In this document: in pieces, positions 14,137 through 28,359 of the stretch
Layout of the letters: each line of letters begins with the position of its first letter
Position numbering within the stretch: the first letter of the stretch is position 1
DNA from: Chrysomallon squamiferum
Lineage: Eukaryota > Animalia > Mollusca
Length of the DNA stretch: 64,000 nt
Direction: 5' to 3'
Assembly: GCA_012295275.1 (NCBI GenBank)
Contig: CM022679.1
Coordinates: forward strand, 3,162,001 to 3,226,000
Notes under the pieces: model-generated
Database searches by the model: none
The model's input: only the letters and a program-made list of their open reading frames with translations
Told to the model about the DNA's origin: nothing
Program-made: the position numbers and the translations under genes

Positions 14137-15476
14137 AGTGAATGACATTATAACTATTATTTTAATAACAGAAAAAAGATATGTAGTCAATTAAATGGTT
14201 GAAACATGTTTTCTCTGACCTGTCTTTTATACTTTGATAAATCTGAGTCAAACCTATTTGTCTTAAATCCAATAGTCTTTTATTAAATATATTATTTTAG
14301 TACACTGTAGATAGGACGTTTAAAATTAGGTAATGCAAAAATCAAATTTCTATTTGTTACATTTAAATTAGGTGTAACAAACACGAGACACAAAGAACTA
14401 TGCCAATAATAATAATAATAATGGTAATTATAATAACAATAATAATAATAGTAATTGTAATAACAATAATAACAATAATCTATTAATCTAACTAATTAAT
14501 TAAATAAATAAATATAATAAATAAAATATTTTAGCATTGTTAGGCATATCAACAGTAATATAATACTTTTAGTTCATTCCACAAAGTTCAGCAGTAAACT
14601 AACCACTTGTATTATGGTCCAGTGAATAATTAATTATATATTTAACATTATATATATCCAAACTATTTTGTTCGCCCTTTTTCAGTTCGTACACATTTGC
14701 AACTCAATGCATGTTTTAAAAATTTTAATCATTAAAATAAAAATTTAAAAAATATTTCTATGTAAAGTTTGACATGAAACGTGTTTTTGTTTTGTTTGTT
14801 TTTTGTTGTTCTCTCTTTTTTATTTTTTATTTTTTTTAATTCAAAAAGAAGGAAAACAATTATGAAATATAATTGTGGCCTTTCTTTAATCCTGACGTGA
14901 CAAAAGCACGAGAATAAAAACCCACGTATAGGCTATATATCTCCAGTGCTCAATAATATATATTAATGTCTCTATACTTTTAAATGAAAACAAGAAGAAA
15001 ATTGGTTAAAACTGTTTTTTATAATCGTGAACAAGGGGAGAATTCCGACCCCCTCGTTTCAGCCTCTCCCCCTTGATCCTCGCCCAGAACGTCGTAGTTT
15101 CAAGTGTTAAATAATTGTCCACTCTTCTGTTTAATTAAATCATTCCATATATACACCTTGATGAAAGCAGCACGTGCAACATGCGGCTCGCGCTGGCTCG
15201 AGCTGCTACCAGCCAATCACCAGCAGCTGATCTTTGTTTCCTGCACGGGTTTTTAAATCACTGAGAACGTAGAGAAATAAAAAATCATTAGAAGGTCAGC
15301 AATCAAACGTGACTTTCGCGTGATCTCACTTTAACCTAATCGATAAAGTGGGATTCACGGACAACAGGTGCACAGCGAATGCATTTATGCTTTTGAACCT
15401 GGATTTTTTTTTTTTTTTTTTTATTATAACACCATGGAAACGGGTCAGTTATTTCTGAGATCACCACGTAACTGAA

Positions 15477-15507
<31 letters not shown>

Positions 15508-15850
15508 GTGGGAAATATAACCTCATGCGCAACGGACCGTTACGGTAGAATAAAAAAAAATAAAAAAATAAAATAAAATAAAATAAAATAAAAATCCGAG
15601 ACGGCAATTATTTCGAAAGATTGTAACCTTCCTCCTAACCTTTTCATCAGATTGTATTATGTGTTTTTTTTTATTATTTAAATTTCTGAAACGCCCCCCT
15701 CCCTCTCCACTCATCACAGTGAGTACAGCGAAGAGATCCAATACAAACAATAAAAACTGTTTTGCGTTTTCATTAGAAACACAAAAAAATAGTTATCTTG
15801 ATGTTGTTGAAGATTTCTTTTTAGTTCATGTAATTGCTTCCCAGAAAAGG

Positions 15851-15888
<38 letters not shown>

Positions 15889-15952
15889 AAAAGAAAACAA
15901 AAGCTCCTCCCCCAAAAGAAAGGTAGTAGTAGGAATTATAGTAGTAATAGTG

Positions 15953-16016
<64 letters not shown>

Positions 16017-16107
16017 TTACATCGGCGACAATGACAATTCACGTTCGGCTGTTTACTTTGTATTTTAATAAACAGTGGTAACACTGCGATGAACAGTGCA
16101 GAACAAA

Positions 16108-16146
<39 letters not shown>

Positions 16147-16592
16147 GCACGAATGCACGCACGCGCACACTCTCTAATTATCAGCTTGTTTTTTTTACCC
16201 ATCCTGTCACGAATAGGCGTAAAATTTTTGTTTTATTTATTTACTTCAAAAGGTTAACTCAGTCACACACAATGAAGCTATGATATTAAGTGACACACCA
16301 CTTGTAACATAAAACAGCTGTTATGAGTAGATAAAAACACAGTCGTGATTTATCGAGAGCGGTTATGAATGACGTCATCACCTCGCGCCATTTGTATCAA
16401 ACGCGCGACCCGCCCGCTTCGGCCATCGCCGCTAATTCATCGCGTGCATGCCACGTGCATGTATTATTCAAAATCATTTGTCGACAGCGCGTGCACGTTC
16501 ACAGATTTGCGGTATTATCACGTGCCATGCATCACCCGCGAAAGACTTCGAGTGAATATTAACAAGTTTAAATAAAAACCGTGAAAAGATGG

Positions 16593-16605
16593 AGGTCAAA
16601 GGTCA
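16593..16605 (+). promoter_or_regulatory. Perfect nuclear-receptor DR1 element AGGTCA-A-AGGTCA
   Basis: Exact consensus next to a CpG-rich island; function untested. Confidence 0.45.
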
Positions 16606-17370
16606 GCTAATTCTACCACCACCCACCAGTTACATATTTTTTTTTTTTTTTTTTAACCTTCTCCCATTTCCTTATTTATTTAACTTTTTAAACTTCTTTT
16701 GATTTCTTCCCCCATCAGTCTTGTATACTAAACCCCTATAGTGAAAGCGTAACCAAGTGCTCTTCAAGTGGCAACTGCTGCTTCGAGAACTGACGTATTT
16801 TTATATGTTAATCATTTTAAACAGATCTTTTATACTAATCCAGTGCCCTCACGTTTAGACGGACATTTAAAACACGACAGATAAGACTCTAAAAAAAAAA
16901 AAAAAAAAAATAAATAAATAAAAAAAAAAGCAGATGGTAAAATTAATAAAGTTTATTTTGCGGTTTTCAACAAAGGATCTTTTACGTTGTACACATCCAG
17001 GTAGATACTACCATGGTCTTTGGTGCAGTGATAAAGAAAAAAACAGATTAAAGCGGCAGTAAAGGTTGATGATGCTATTTAGTGATAGTAGGATAAGACA
17101 TACCAAATTCTGATGCAGATATATATATATATATATAGTCACCACGCTTACAAATGCTCACAATTAATTTATGGTTATTTGGGAGATGGAAATAGCATTA
17201 CAAAGTATTAGGAATATAAATGAAAATGGTCAGAATTTTAAATCATAAATAGTTAACCTGAAGTACCATATACAAAATTAAATACAGTCAAACAATTATT
17301 AATTCACAGCAATCTCAATTTTTGCTACAGTTCTCAGCTGGTTGGTGGTAATACGAGCGTGCCACGCCAT

Positions 17371-17553
17371 CTGACAGAATTTTCATTTTCACATTCAGCA
17401 GCCAATTGAGGTACAAAAACGACTTGGAATACTGTGTATGTATCGACGCTTTACAAAATCTAACAGTATTTTCATTTTCACAGTCAGCAGCCAAGTGATG
17501 TACAAAAACGACTCGGAATACTGTGTATGTATCGACGCTTTACAAAGTGCTAA
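17371..17553. repeat. Two-copy tandem duplication, period ~89 bp
   Basis: ttttcattttcaca..cagcagccaa..gtacaaaaacgact..gaatactgtgtatgtatcgacgctttacaaa occurs twice. Confidence 0.85.
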
Positions 17554-17973
17554 CGATAAACACACACATACCGCAGTGACATCTGAATGTCCACAGCATT
17601 TTCTTTACACCACGTCAACGGTTCTCTGCATGTCACTGTGAAGACTTTGACGAAGTTAATGAGCTGTGTCCCTTCGTCCTTCGCTTCGGCCATTTAGCCG
17701 CGCGAGAATATTAAATATTGCTAAGTAACATTCTGTCAGAGTAACACGTACATTGCTGTCACTGAGTGACATTACATGCTACATTTAACTAACTGCATAC
17801 GCATGCTTTTTTCTTTCTTGTTTGCTTTTTACAATTTAATTTCACTTTTTTTTATTTTTTTATTTTTATTTTTTTTTGAGTTGCCAGTAGACATTCTTTG
17901 AATACTGCACTCAAAAAATTTATGGCGTATAACTTCTATTCTTCTTCTTTTTTTTTTTTTTTTCACCATTTCC

Positions 17974-18016
<43 letters not shown>

Positions 18017-19452
18017 GCAATAATGATGATGATGAGAAAAAAAAGAAGAAGAAATGAAAAAAAATGATGATGAAAAATAAATAAATAAATAAAAATTAAA
18101 ACTATTTATGACTACTACTATTCAAAATTAAAATTTGCTGTTCACTTTTCTTCTCAGCAAAATACTGTTTAGGATCTTGTTGGTCTTTCATTTGCTTTCT
18201 TCACTTTAGAAAGCTGCTCAGTAAGAGGTTTTCTCCCCAACATTATTGACTCCTCTCTCGAACCTAACTCGTGTCAGTATAAAATAAGAATCATAAAACA
18301 AAAATTCATCTTGTCAGTTCTGAATGTTTCAGAAGACGCGCAGATTTGTCTAAAGTAAATTTACCAGTTATTTAATTAGAACATAAACGATCACAGTTGT
18401 ATGGTACAGATGATAATGAAGCAAAGAGAACTGATGGCAACAAGAAATCTGAATAGATTCTGACGATTTTCATGTTAAAGTGTACTCATTGTGGTTTGAT
18501 CAAAAGGTGTAAATAAATTCTGTATTAAATATTTTTATTTTATTTCTTTGAATGCCTGATATAAGTGAACAAAAACTGATGTATTTTATTTAATTATTTT
18601 CAAACGTTAATCTTTTTTGTTGTTGTAAAGTGTAGGTCTTATAGAGCTGATAAATTTGACTGTCATTATCTATATCTTCGGATCAGTAATTCTACGTAAT
18701 CAAACGTTTGCTAATAATAAAGGATGAGAATATCAACGATTTCTAATAATAAAGGATGACAGTATTCGCCATTTCCACTACGATGCCTTTATATTTTAAG
18801 GTTTATTACCATTCATCAATATTGAAATGATCAGATTTAAATAATTAAAAAGACTGTTTTGAAGCACATAAAATTTAAACAGGCTATTTTCGAAACCATT
18901 CTTTAACTGTACTCTTGTACAATTGTCTAATTTCAAAAAGGTGTCAGTCATTGAAATAAAACTTTAAAATATTTCTATGTGCCGTTTCGTGTCAAACATG
19001 TCTTTTTTTTTTTTTTTGTTCTTCCATCTCATTTTATTTATTTTATTTCATTTTATTTAATTTTTATGAGGTAATATCAGATATTGAAGGGGTTCAGTTT
19101 TAACGATAATTTATTGTACCTCGTGAAAATTGCCTGATTATTCAAGAAGGGTGTTTCCACTATGATATCTCTCGTATCAGGAAATACATTATTGCTACCC
19201 GTTTGAAAACCACATGTTGCTGCATGCAGTTTTTACTGCTCCCGTCCAAAATGGATTCTCATTTCGAAGCTTATTTTGGTTAACAACAAAATGGCACACA
19301 ACGGACGAATAGAACTTTTTTTTTTTGTGTTTCATTTGCGTTATGCATGCATGACCACGATGTGGCACTTAATCAAAGAATCAGCTGCCAGAATTGTGTG
19401 AGAGAAAAAAAATTAATTACTAGCGATAATATCCGAAGTGCTTGTTTTGGTT

Positions 19453-19465
19453 TGACCTTTGACCT
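19453..19465 (-). promoter_or_regulatory. Perfect DR1 element (TGACCT-T-TGACCT on +)
   Basis: Exact consensus; function untested. Confidence 0.4.
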
Positions 19466-19968
19466 GCTGACAATCTAGTACTAGCACCTAGCACCAGTGA
19501 AACGTTACGCTGCAACACTGGATGGGAATTAATAATACATGATGCTGTTTTTGTTTTCTTTTTTTTTACCCTTTTGCATACACGATTGAGCTTGAACCAG
19601 TCATGATTTTTTTTTTTTTCTTTGATATTTTTGGAGTTACCTTTTCTTGGAAATGTGGTGAATGTCAAAATGTTTAACAAAATATAAAAAAAATAAAATA
19701 TAATTAAAAAAAATTAAAAAGTAGAGTGAAAAATAAAATAAAATAAAATAAAAATAAAAATGTCTGCGGCTAACCGATCTCCCGTTGTGACCAAGATCGG
19801 ATTTCAGTCCTAAAAGAGGAAAAATAAAAACGCAATTATTTACGCCATGAACGTCACTGTACATCGCTTGATTGACGGTCATTTGAATAGAGGCTGTTAG
19901 CACGAAGCCGTATTTTTACAATTAACTGCCAAACATAATTGATATTGACCAAACTTCTACTTTCTTTA

Positions 19969-19999
<31 letters not shown>

Positions 20000-20056
20000 G
20001 AGAAATATTAAATTATTATTATTATTATGATTATGATGATGATGATGATGATGATG

Positions 20057-20109
<53 letters not shown>

Positions 20110-20495
20110 GTGCTCAAACTTACATATCTTTATTTAAATATTTCGTGAAAACTTACAGATTCTAAAATATTATTTATGTGAAGAAAACAAAAGTGTACAT
20201 TAAACTGGATTGTTATTTAATATCTACACGTTTTGCATGGACGTTTTCTTCTAAACATCTAACTTAATGTATAACACCACCACCACCACCACCACCACCA
20301 CCAACACCAACAACAATAACAACACTAATAATATAGAAAATATTTCTTTCCTCTGTGGAGGTTTGTGGGATCAATGCAGTTTAACACAGAAAACAATAAT
20401 CAGTCACTGATTTGTCTCATTTTTCGATATAACGCAGTGAATACATTTCTAAGCTGTGTTGTATAGCATAATACAAACATTATTCTCATGTAGAA

Positions 20496-20525
20496 GTTGT
20501 CATAGGTAACTAGTTGCCAGGCAAC
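20496..20525. promoter_or_regulatory. Tandem RFX X-boxes
   Basis: GTTGTC-ATA-GGTAAC (20496-20510) and GTTGCC-A-GGCAAC (20513-20525), 2 bp apart. Confidence 0.5.
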
Positions 20526-21223
20526 ATGACTAATCTTTTTTTTTTTTTTTTTTTAGAAATTAGCAGCAAAGCATCTTTTGTATTATACACCTTCCCTTGA
20601 ACAAGAACTTATCTTTGATAAACAAAAATTGAGACACAGGCTCGAGCGTGAAACGGCCAAACTGTAGTAGTGGTGTGAATTGATTCTGTAAATTAGACAT
20701 CTGTAATACATAAATATGATAAAAAATACGTGATAAAAATTTAAACAGATGGAAAGGTTCAGAACGTATCTATTGAAATATGTTATGACTGCTAATACAA
20801 TTATACTAGCTGAGCTGGGAACATCTCTTTAACATGAAAATACAGATTACCACCAATTTGACCACACACGGCTAAACAACACTTGATGAAAACCAACAGA
20901 AAAAAGCGATTCAGCGGGTAAGCAAAGAAACCGTTAACTCAATGAAACTACTTATATTTATCTGAATAGTGGTAAATGAATTGTAATAAACTGTCATTTT
21001 TCTTAATGACCAGTATTGCTCTTTTTACCATTCAAGGTAAAAACTCCACAGATGCATGACACGGGAAGTGAACCGTGAAATAAGTAAATATATATATTCT
21101 AAGCGGGTTTCTTTCATGCAGTGATGAAAAAAAACTGCGCATTGTGGAAAATTTAATAGATTTATTTTCTGTTGACAACATCTCAGTAATTATTTTAAAT
21201 CCATTTCTGTACTACTCAACTAT

Positions 21224-21228
21224 TGTTG

Positions 21229-21288
<60 letters not shown>

Positions 21289-21523
21289 TTACTACTACTA
21301 CTACTACTACTATTACTACTCCTTCTTCTATTACAGCAACTGCATTTATTTTTACTACTACTACTACTACTACTACAACAACAGCAACAACAACAGCAGC
21401 AACAACCATACTGTTAACATTACTACTACTACTCTACTACTGTTTCTATTACTGCTACTACTGTTATTGCTACAACAACAGCAACGATAACAACACTAAC
21501 AACAAAATTAACAACGTTAATAT

Positions 21524-21576
<53 letters not shown>

Positions 21577-21790
21577 TAATATACTGCTACTATGGCAACT
21601 ACTCCTCCTCTTTCTACTGTTTTTGCTATAAAAACAACGTTTACTACCACTACTTCACAACAGCAAAAACAACAACACCAACAACATTACTATTACTGCT
21701 GCTACTGCTACTGACAGTTTTGTGGCTATTTCTACTATTCCTACTGCTAATACTACGACAGTTAATACTAATACTACAACAACTATTATT
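21224..21790. repeat. (CTA)n/(CAA)n trinucleotide low-complexity tract
   Basis: Directly visible. Confidence 0.9.
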
Positions 21791-23109
21791 ATAGCTGCTT
21801 TCGAGAAGCTGCCAAATACGTAACAATGGTTTTCAATACTAGAATCATGCAGTATACAATTACGAAACACATTATTGAAAATGTCTCTACTCCCATTAAC
21901 GATATTTTATTTTAGTACTGTTTATATTATTATTTACATCAAAACAATCTAATTAGTTGAACTGATAATAGTACAAATAAGAAAATAAAATAAATAATAA
22001 TAAAAAAAAAGAAATATTGAATTAGAGAAATAATTATTATTTGTGCAAGCGACGTCAATAAAACGACCAAAACATAATAAACACCGGTCCAACAACAATA
22101 ATAATTATTATTATTCTCTCAGAACTGAAATAAAATAAATTAAAAATAATATGTAAACAAAAATCGACATTTTCACACTTGATGAAGCAAAGCGTCATGT
22201 GGCAAACGATGATATCCGCCTATCATTTTCTCCTTCGCCTGAACGAACCTGTCAGTCGAGCCGCCGTCAGCCAATCACGTTCGCGATTAATATTTCACGA
22301 GGCCAGGCCTGTCGGCTGGCTCAGCCAATCGTGCGTGGCGAGACATTCACACTGCGAGCCCGGCGCTGGGCGCAAGCTTGCGTCTGAAGTAAAACAGGTT
22401 GTTTCCGCGGAAATGATCAAACATTAATGACGAAAAATTCGATATTATAATGGAGCTAAAGTTACTGACATTCTCCTAAAGAATGGAGCGGATTGTCAGA
22501 TACATTTTTTTTTTTTTTAAATAATAATAATAATAATAATCTTCTTTTTTTCTTTCTTTCTTTTTTAATAATTTTTTTTTTTATTTATTATTTTTTATCA
22601 TTGATGAATGTACCACCGATTGGCGAATGCGTCATTTGTTTAAAGAAGACATATATTAATAAAAAAAAAAAAAAAAAAAAATGCAATAGAATTTTCAAAA
22701 TGACAGCTATGAATTCTCCAGCTGATTAATGTTTGATGTGGGATAAAAAAGAAAAAAAAAGTAAGGTATTTTGCATTAATTATGAAAGACTTTACCTGGC
22801 CTGGTGTGTAATGGCTCATAGTACTGGTATAATTACGTGTGTCGATTGTCACATGGCGTTTTTAGATGGATGACAGAAATAAAAGCAATTGCAGTCAAAT
22901 ACAACGTCAACTCGCACTTGCTGTAGATTTATGTACTGGCGAATCAATTAATATTTGATGCTGCAGACAAGACAGATATGGGAGAGAACAAAGAGAAGAA
23001 AAATGACAGAACACAGAACGAGCGAGAGTAAGAACGACGGAAGAATGAAAACGAATTAAATTAAATGCTCTTTCGTTCTTTCTTTCTTTGAAATTATTTC
23101 ATATTAACT

Positions 23110-23186
23110 TGTCAAAAGATAGAAGGATGAATGAACACGAGATTTCTGTCAAAAGATAGAAGGATGAATGAACACGAGATTTCTGT
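23110..23186. repeat. Perfect 37-bp tandem duplication
   Basis: tgtcaaaagatagaaggatgaatgaacacgagatttc occurs twice. Confidence 0.9.
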
Positions 23187-24789
23187 TTTCCTTCTAACTT
23201 TCAAATCGTTTGTTTTCTTTTTCACGTATTGCTTGAATATTTGTCCGGTTTTAGAATTACCAGGCTAAATATATTTATTTTATTATAAGTATTAAAAACA
23301 GCGCTAGAAGTGAGATTCGTAATAGCGAAATTAATGAATAAATTAATATTAACTATTAACTGAATGTATCACCTAATCTGAACATATCTTTCTTTCTCTT
23401 ACTTGAAAACTTGTTTTTTTTTTTTTTTTTTTTTTTTTAGAAATCCATATTTTCTTCTTCGAAGTCGTCTTTGTTATATTATTTTGTATAACGACTTTCA
23501 GTGATTATCTAACCTTGGTAGTTTCTTTTGGACATTTTAAAATTTAAAACTATGTCCCCTTTGTTCATGCATTAAATGTTCTAATACATCTGATAAATAT
23601 TCTAATACATGAAGCCTCAACAAGGGTAAAACAATATTTGCTTCGGTAGTTTCATTCTGATCTCCTTGCCGTTATTTGTAATTAATATTAATTACCGTTT
23701 TGGTTTTGCGACCGACTCTCGGTAAAATAGCCATGACTAGAATAACCGGAAATGGATTATTATATGTGAAATGTTTGACTTAAATAATTAATAAAAAAAA
23801 AGTTAAACCGGTTTTCAGTATTAAGTAATATAACCAAAAATAAAATTATTTAACTTACGTGTTGCATTTAACTAAAACATAACAACCATAAACTGTTTAA
23901 ATAGCTCTCTGTATTCGAAATTTCATTTCGGTTTATTCATAGATGAAATACTGCTGTGCTATTACTACTATTACTATTACTAATATTTCGCAGAATTTTT
24001 GAAAATAAAAATTCGTTCAGTGTGACATTTGATTAGGAAATATAACGTTTTGTCAAGATACCCTTTCTCAAACATGAAATCGCGTCGATTTGTTTTTCTG
24101 AAAATGCGTAAAAATGATTCTGATGTAACAATATTTTATAACCTAAAATTAGCTGGATCACATTTACGTTTTTTTTTTTTTTTTTTTTTTTTTTACTGTC
24201 TTTAATAAATAATATCGTCTAACAGTTTAACAATTTACCCAGGAATTTTGATTTACGCCATCATACAATGCCCATTATTGCTTGAAATCTCAACTAAGAA
24301 CATTTATTTATATAACCAAATCAAATCAAATCAAATAAATAAATAAATAAATAAATAAATAAATATTTTAACAGTTAATAATAGTATTACTAAATTAAAA
24401 ACAGCATAAGAATTAATATATCGAAATTTACGATTAATAAATCAAGAATACTGCAAAATTAATTTATCCTTTTTTTATAATTAATTTTATGTTTTTATTT
24501 GTGAATTTACGTTGTATTTCTTTGTTGTGGTTTTTTCTTTTCCTTCTTTCTTTAATATATTGAATGTGCTTATTTATTCACTTAATTTATTTATTTATTT
24601 ATTTATTAATTTATTTATTAATTTATTCATCTGTTAATTTATAGATCAAATTTTTTTTTTTTGTCTATGAACAAAGAATGCGTAACAACAACATGAACAA
24701 CAAAATAAAATAAAATAAATAAAAATAAAAATAAACAACAAAAATTAATTATTTATTATTTTTGTGTTCTGAACATTCCCCAAATTCAG

Positions 24790-24825
<36 letters not shown>

Positions 24826-25424
24826 AATAAATAAATACATTTAAAAAAAAAAATAAAAAAAAATAAAAAAATAAAAATAAATGAATTTTAACAAAATAAA
24901 ATAAAATTAATAAAGAACGAATGAAGAAATAAAGCAAACAAAAATATTAAATAAAAGAAATTCATAATAAATAACAACTACAAACAAAAAAAACAACAAC
25001 AAATAAATAAATATTAATAAAAAATATTCATATATTCAAATAAATCTAATTAATTACCCTAATCGTCAAAATGTCTAAACCAGTTTCTTTTTTTAGCTAC
25101 AGTTGTTGACTTTTATTGTTCTTAGCGATAAAAATAGGAAAATGTATTAAAAACGAGACAAGTTTTCACTGTGTAGCAGCAGTTGTCCAAGATAAAAACA
25201 TTGATATTAAATAACACGTTAAAATTATGTCCCACAGCAAAATAATCATCACGTTTTTCAAATAAAATACAAAATATCATAATGTAGTAATAATGTTCGT
25301 TTCTAAACTCATCTAGGAAAAAATAACAATAAAAAAATAAAATAAAATAAAAAAATATTTAATAAAAAATATAATAAATAAAAAATAAAATAAATAAATA
25401 AACTAAAATAATATAATAATAAAA

Positions 25425-25477
<53 letters not shown>

Positions 25478-26208
25478 GTTTGGTTCTGAGCATAATTTAA
25501 AACAAATTCTTCTAAAGTATCAAAATAAAAACCAAACAATTTATTTAGTGTAATATTAAAACAATAATTTATTTCATATAAAATAGTTACTGTGAACACA
25601 CAAGGCACAAATAGAGGCTGATATCAAAATATATCCCATAAATATATGTATATAATAACTATTACTAAACATATAAAATTATTACAATTAAAATGCCACT
25701 TTATGATAGCAATAACAATAAAAAAAAAAATGGAAAAAAAAAAAATAAAAAAAAATAAAAAACATGCGTATACATAAAAATTAATATACTAGACAGATTA
25801 AGAAATTTGTTTTAATTTTTTTTTTTTTTTTTTTTAAATTAGGTTTCACCTTTTGTATACTCTTAGAAAATGTAATATAAAATAGAGTATGAAAATATAG
25901 TGATTCGATTCCTTTTAGGAATTAAGACACATTATGAATATATTAAATATTAAATATAAAATATAAATGCATATATTGTATACATAAAACAAATATATAG
26001 CCTATTATTGCTTGGAAAAAGAAAGAAAGAAAAAATTTATTTCCAAATATTTTTCATATGTATTATTTTTATTTACATACAAAAGGTTAAAAAAATAAAA
26101 TATCAAAAAAAAAAAAAATAAAATAAAAAAAAAAAAAATAAAATAAAATAAAAAAATAAAAAATACGTTAATAAAAATAATTATGATGTTAAATAATCAT
26201 AATATTAT

Positions 26209-26257
<49 letters not shown>

Positions 26258-26457
26258 GTAGTAGTAGTAGTTATAAAGACTAACTTATTCAGTTATTGAA
26301 AATACGTTCTATAATTTGTGGCTTTTCGATAACAAACATTATACATACAGCAATATACTAATATTCACTGTAACATTGTCATCTCCAATTTATACAACAC
26401 GACAACGTCGTTGGCGTCATGCTTAACGTCCTGGAAGACAAAAGTCAGGTTTTCTTT

Positions 26458-26979
26458 TCATTGGTTTTTGTCCAAAATTTCTTGTAGAGCATCGATGTAA
26501 GTCTGCGCCATTTGCAAAGTTTCGTACTTTGATAATTTACTGTTGTCGTTGAAAGACGGAATCACTTCACGGAGTCTGTCGAACGCCACGTTCAGACTCT
26601 GCATTCGTCTTCTTTCGCGAGCGTTCGCTGCAATTCGGCGACGTCGTAAAACTTCGCGTCCTCCGGAAGAAGACGAAGAAGAAGACGATGATGACCTGTT
26701 AATTCCTCCTTGCCTCGCCGAAGACGGGAGATTAGATTTCCGATATTTGGGAACTTCGAGTTTTCTCGACTCGTTGAACGTTGTTTGTATCACTATCCCT
26801 TCCAGAGGTCTCAGAACCAAAGGCGAGCCTTCGTAATCGCTCGCCTGCACGTTCTTCGCTTGCAAAACCGATCGTTTATTTCCAGGCACATTCCCCGAGG
26901 TTTCTCTCAGTTCCAGATTTTCTCGATTTTGGTTGTTTAAATCGTCTTCAACACTTACGTCCGTTCGGGAGTCGATCAT
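26458..26979 (-). CDS. ato: Atonal-family proneural bHLH transcription factor (paralogue A), single coding exon, ~173 aa
   Basis: C-terminal b[61 protein letters not shown] has the diagnostic Atonal signatures. Preferred start is MIDSRT at 26979 (AAAATG context). The ORF also extends to an ATG at 27111, but that lies only ~10 bp from a TATA-like element. Confidence 0.93.
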   Translation of the reverse strand: MIDSRTDVSVEDDLNNQNRENLELRETSGNVPGNKRSVLQAKNVQASDYEGSPLVLRPLEGIVIQTTFNESRKLEVPKYRKSNLPSSARQGGINRSSSSSSSSSSGGREVLRRRRIAANARERRRMQSLNVAFDRLREVIPSFNDNSKLSKYETLQMAQTYIDALQEILDKNQ

Positions 26980-27109
26980 TTTCGATACGTCGGGGAATAA
27001 AAAAAAAAAAGAGAAATTTTTGCTAACGCGTCTTTCACTGGAAACTGTGTTAAAACGTTTGTGATGCGTTATTCTTCGCACACCCGACCAAAATGAGAAC
27101 ACGGGAAAC

Positions 27110-27560
27110 ATGGGGGCTTTTTTATTTATTGTTTAAACTCCTGAATATTTTATTGTTTTTCAATGGTCTGCGATTATTGATAAATATTTTAGCAAGCAGT
27201 TTATCTTGTACCAGTTGGCAAAGGTAAGGCAGCGTTAACCAATCGGAATTCGTCACGCTTCGCCGCGTCCGGCAAGAAAAGCGCGGCTTTTTTTTCTCTT
27301 CCGATCTCGATTGATCGGCAGGTTCCGCCCACTCGCCGGGAGACGCCGGGAAATGAATTAGAAAATTTGTCGCGAACCAGTCTAGAAATAAATCCGTCAA
27401 AATTCGTGGCTTTGTTTTAAGTCAAGAGGTCAGACAAATAAATGGGTAGTGAGCTTTCCGGAGTCGGGATGGGGTGTGGCGGGGCGTGAAAATTGCGAGC
27501 GCTCGCTTTTGCTAATCGACGAAACGGGAATTGATTTTCGGATGACTTTGATAGGCGGTA
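27110..27560 (-). promoter_or_regulatory. Probable promoter of atonal paralogue A
   Basis: TAAATAAAAA TATA-like element at ~27118-27128 on minus strand, CCAAT at ~27239, CpG-rich microsatellite-free block. Confidence 0.55.
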
Positions 27561-27691
27561 TTAATTCACTTGTTGGAAGTGACAGAGAAATAAAAACTGA
27601 CCATTGATCACCAAGTTCATTTCAGTGAAATGAATTTATTACAAAGAATAGGGACGAATACAACGGAATTGGAAAAAAAAAAAAAAAAAAA

Positions 27692-27756
<65 letters not shown>

Positions 27757-28136
27757 TAATAACAATGACCACAATACCAGCACAACAACAACAATAATAA
27801 TAATAATAACAGTACCAATAATAACAACTACAACAATAATAACTATGAAAATAATAAATAAATAAATAAAAATTATTGTTACTAATATACTAAATATTTT
27901 TATTACGTTCTAATTGTACTTGTTGTTTATGCAAAGAACTGAACAAATGAGTATCAGTTTTATGAACAGAAAAAGAAAAAAAACAAAAAACAAACAAAAA
28001 ACACCTACAAATGTTCAAACAAGAAGAAAAAATGAAATAAAGAACTAAAAAACAAACAGCAAAACAACATACAAAAAAAAGAAGATAAAAAGTAACCACC
28101 GTATTTGAAATTATATAATCTTCAGCTTTAGATATA

Positions 28137-28181
<45 letters not shown>

Positions 28182-28324
28182 CATTATCGTTATCACTACT
28201 ACTACACATCTTAATGATAAGCAGATAGGAATTACGTTAAACAATAAGAAACAATGTCACAACTTTAACAAGTACAGATTACCCTGCATGCTTATTTATC
28301 TGGTCAATCTTAAAATCTTTGATT

Positions 28325-28359
<35 letters not shown>

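Noticed and set aside
21144-21794. 216-aa poly-Thr ORF (mucin-like appearance)
   Set aside because: Trinucleotide microsatellite
26980-27111. N-terminal extension of atonal A from the ATG at 27111
   Set aside because: The ATG lies just downstream of the TATA-like element, probably upstream of the TSS, and the segment crosses a poly-T run typical of UTR
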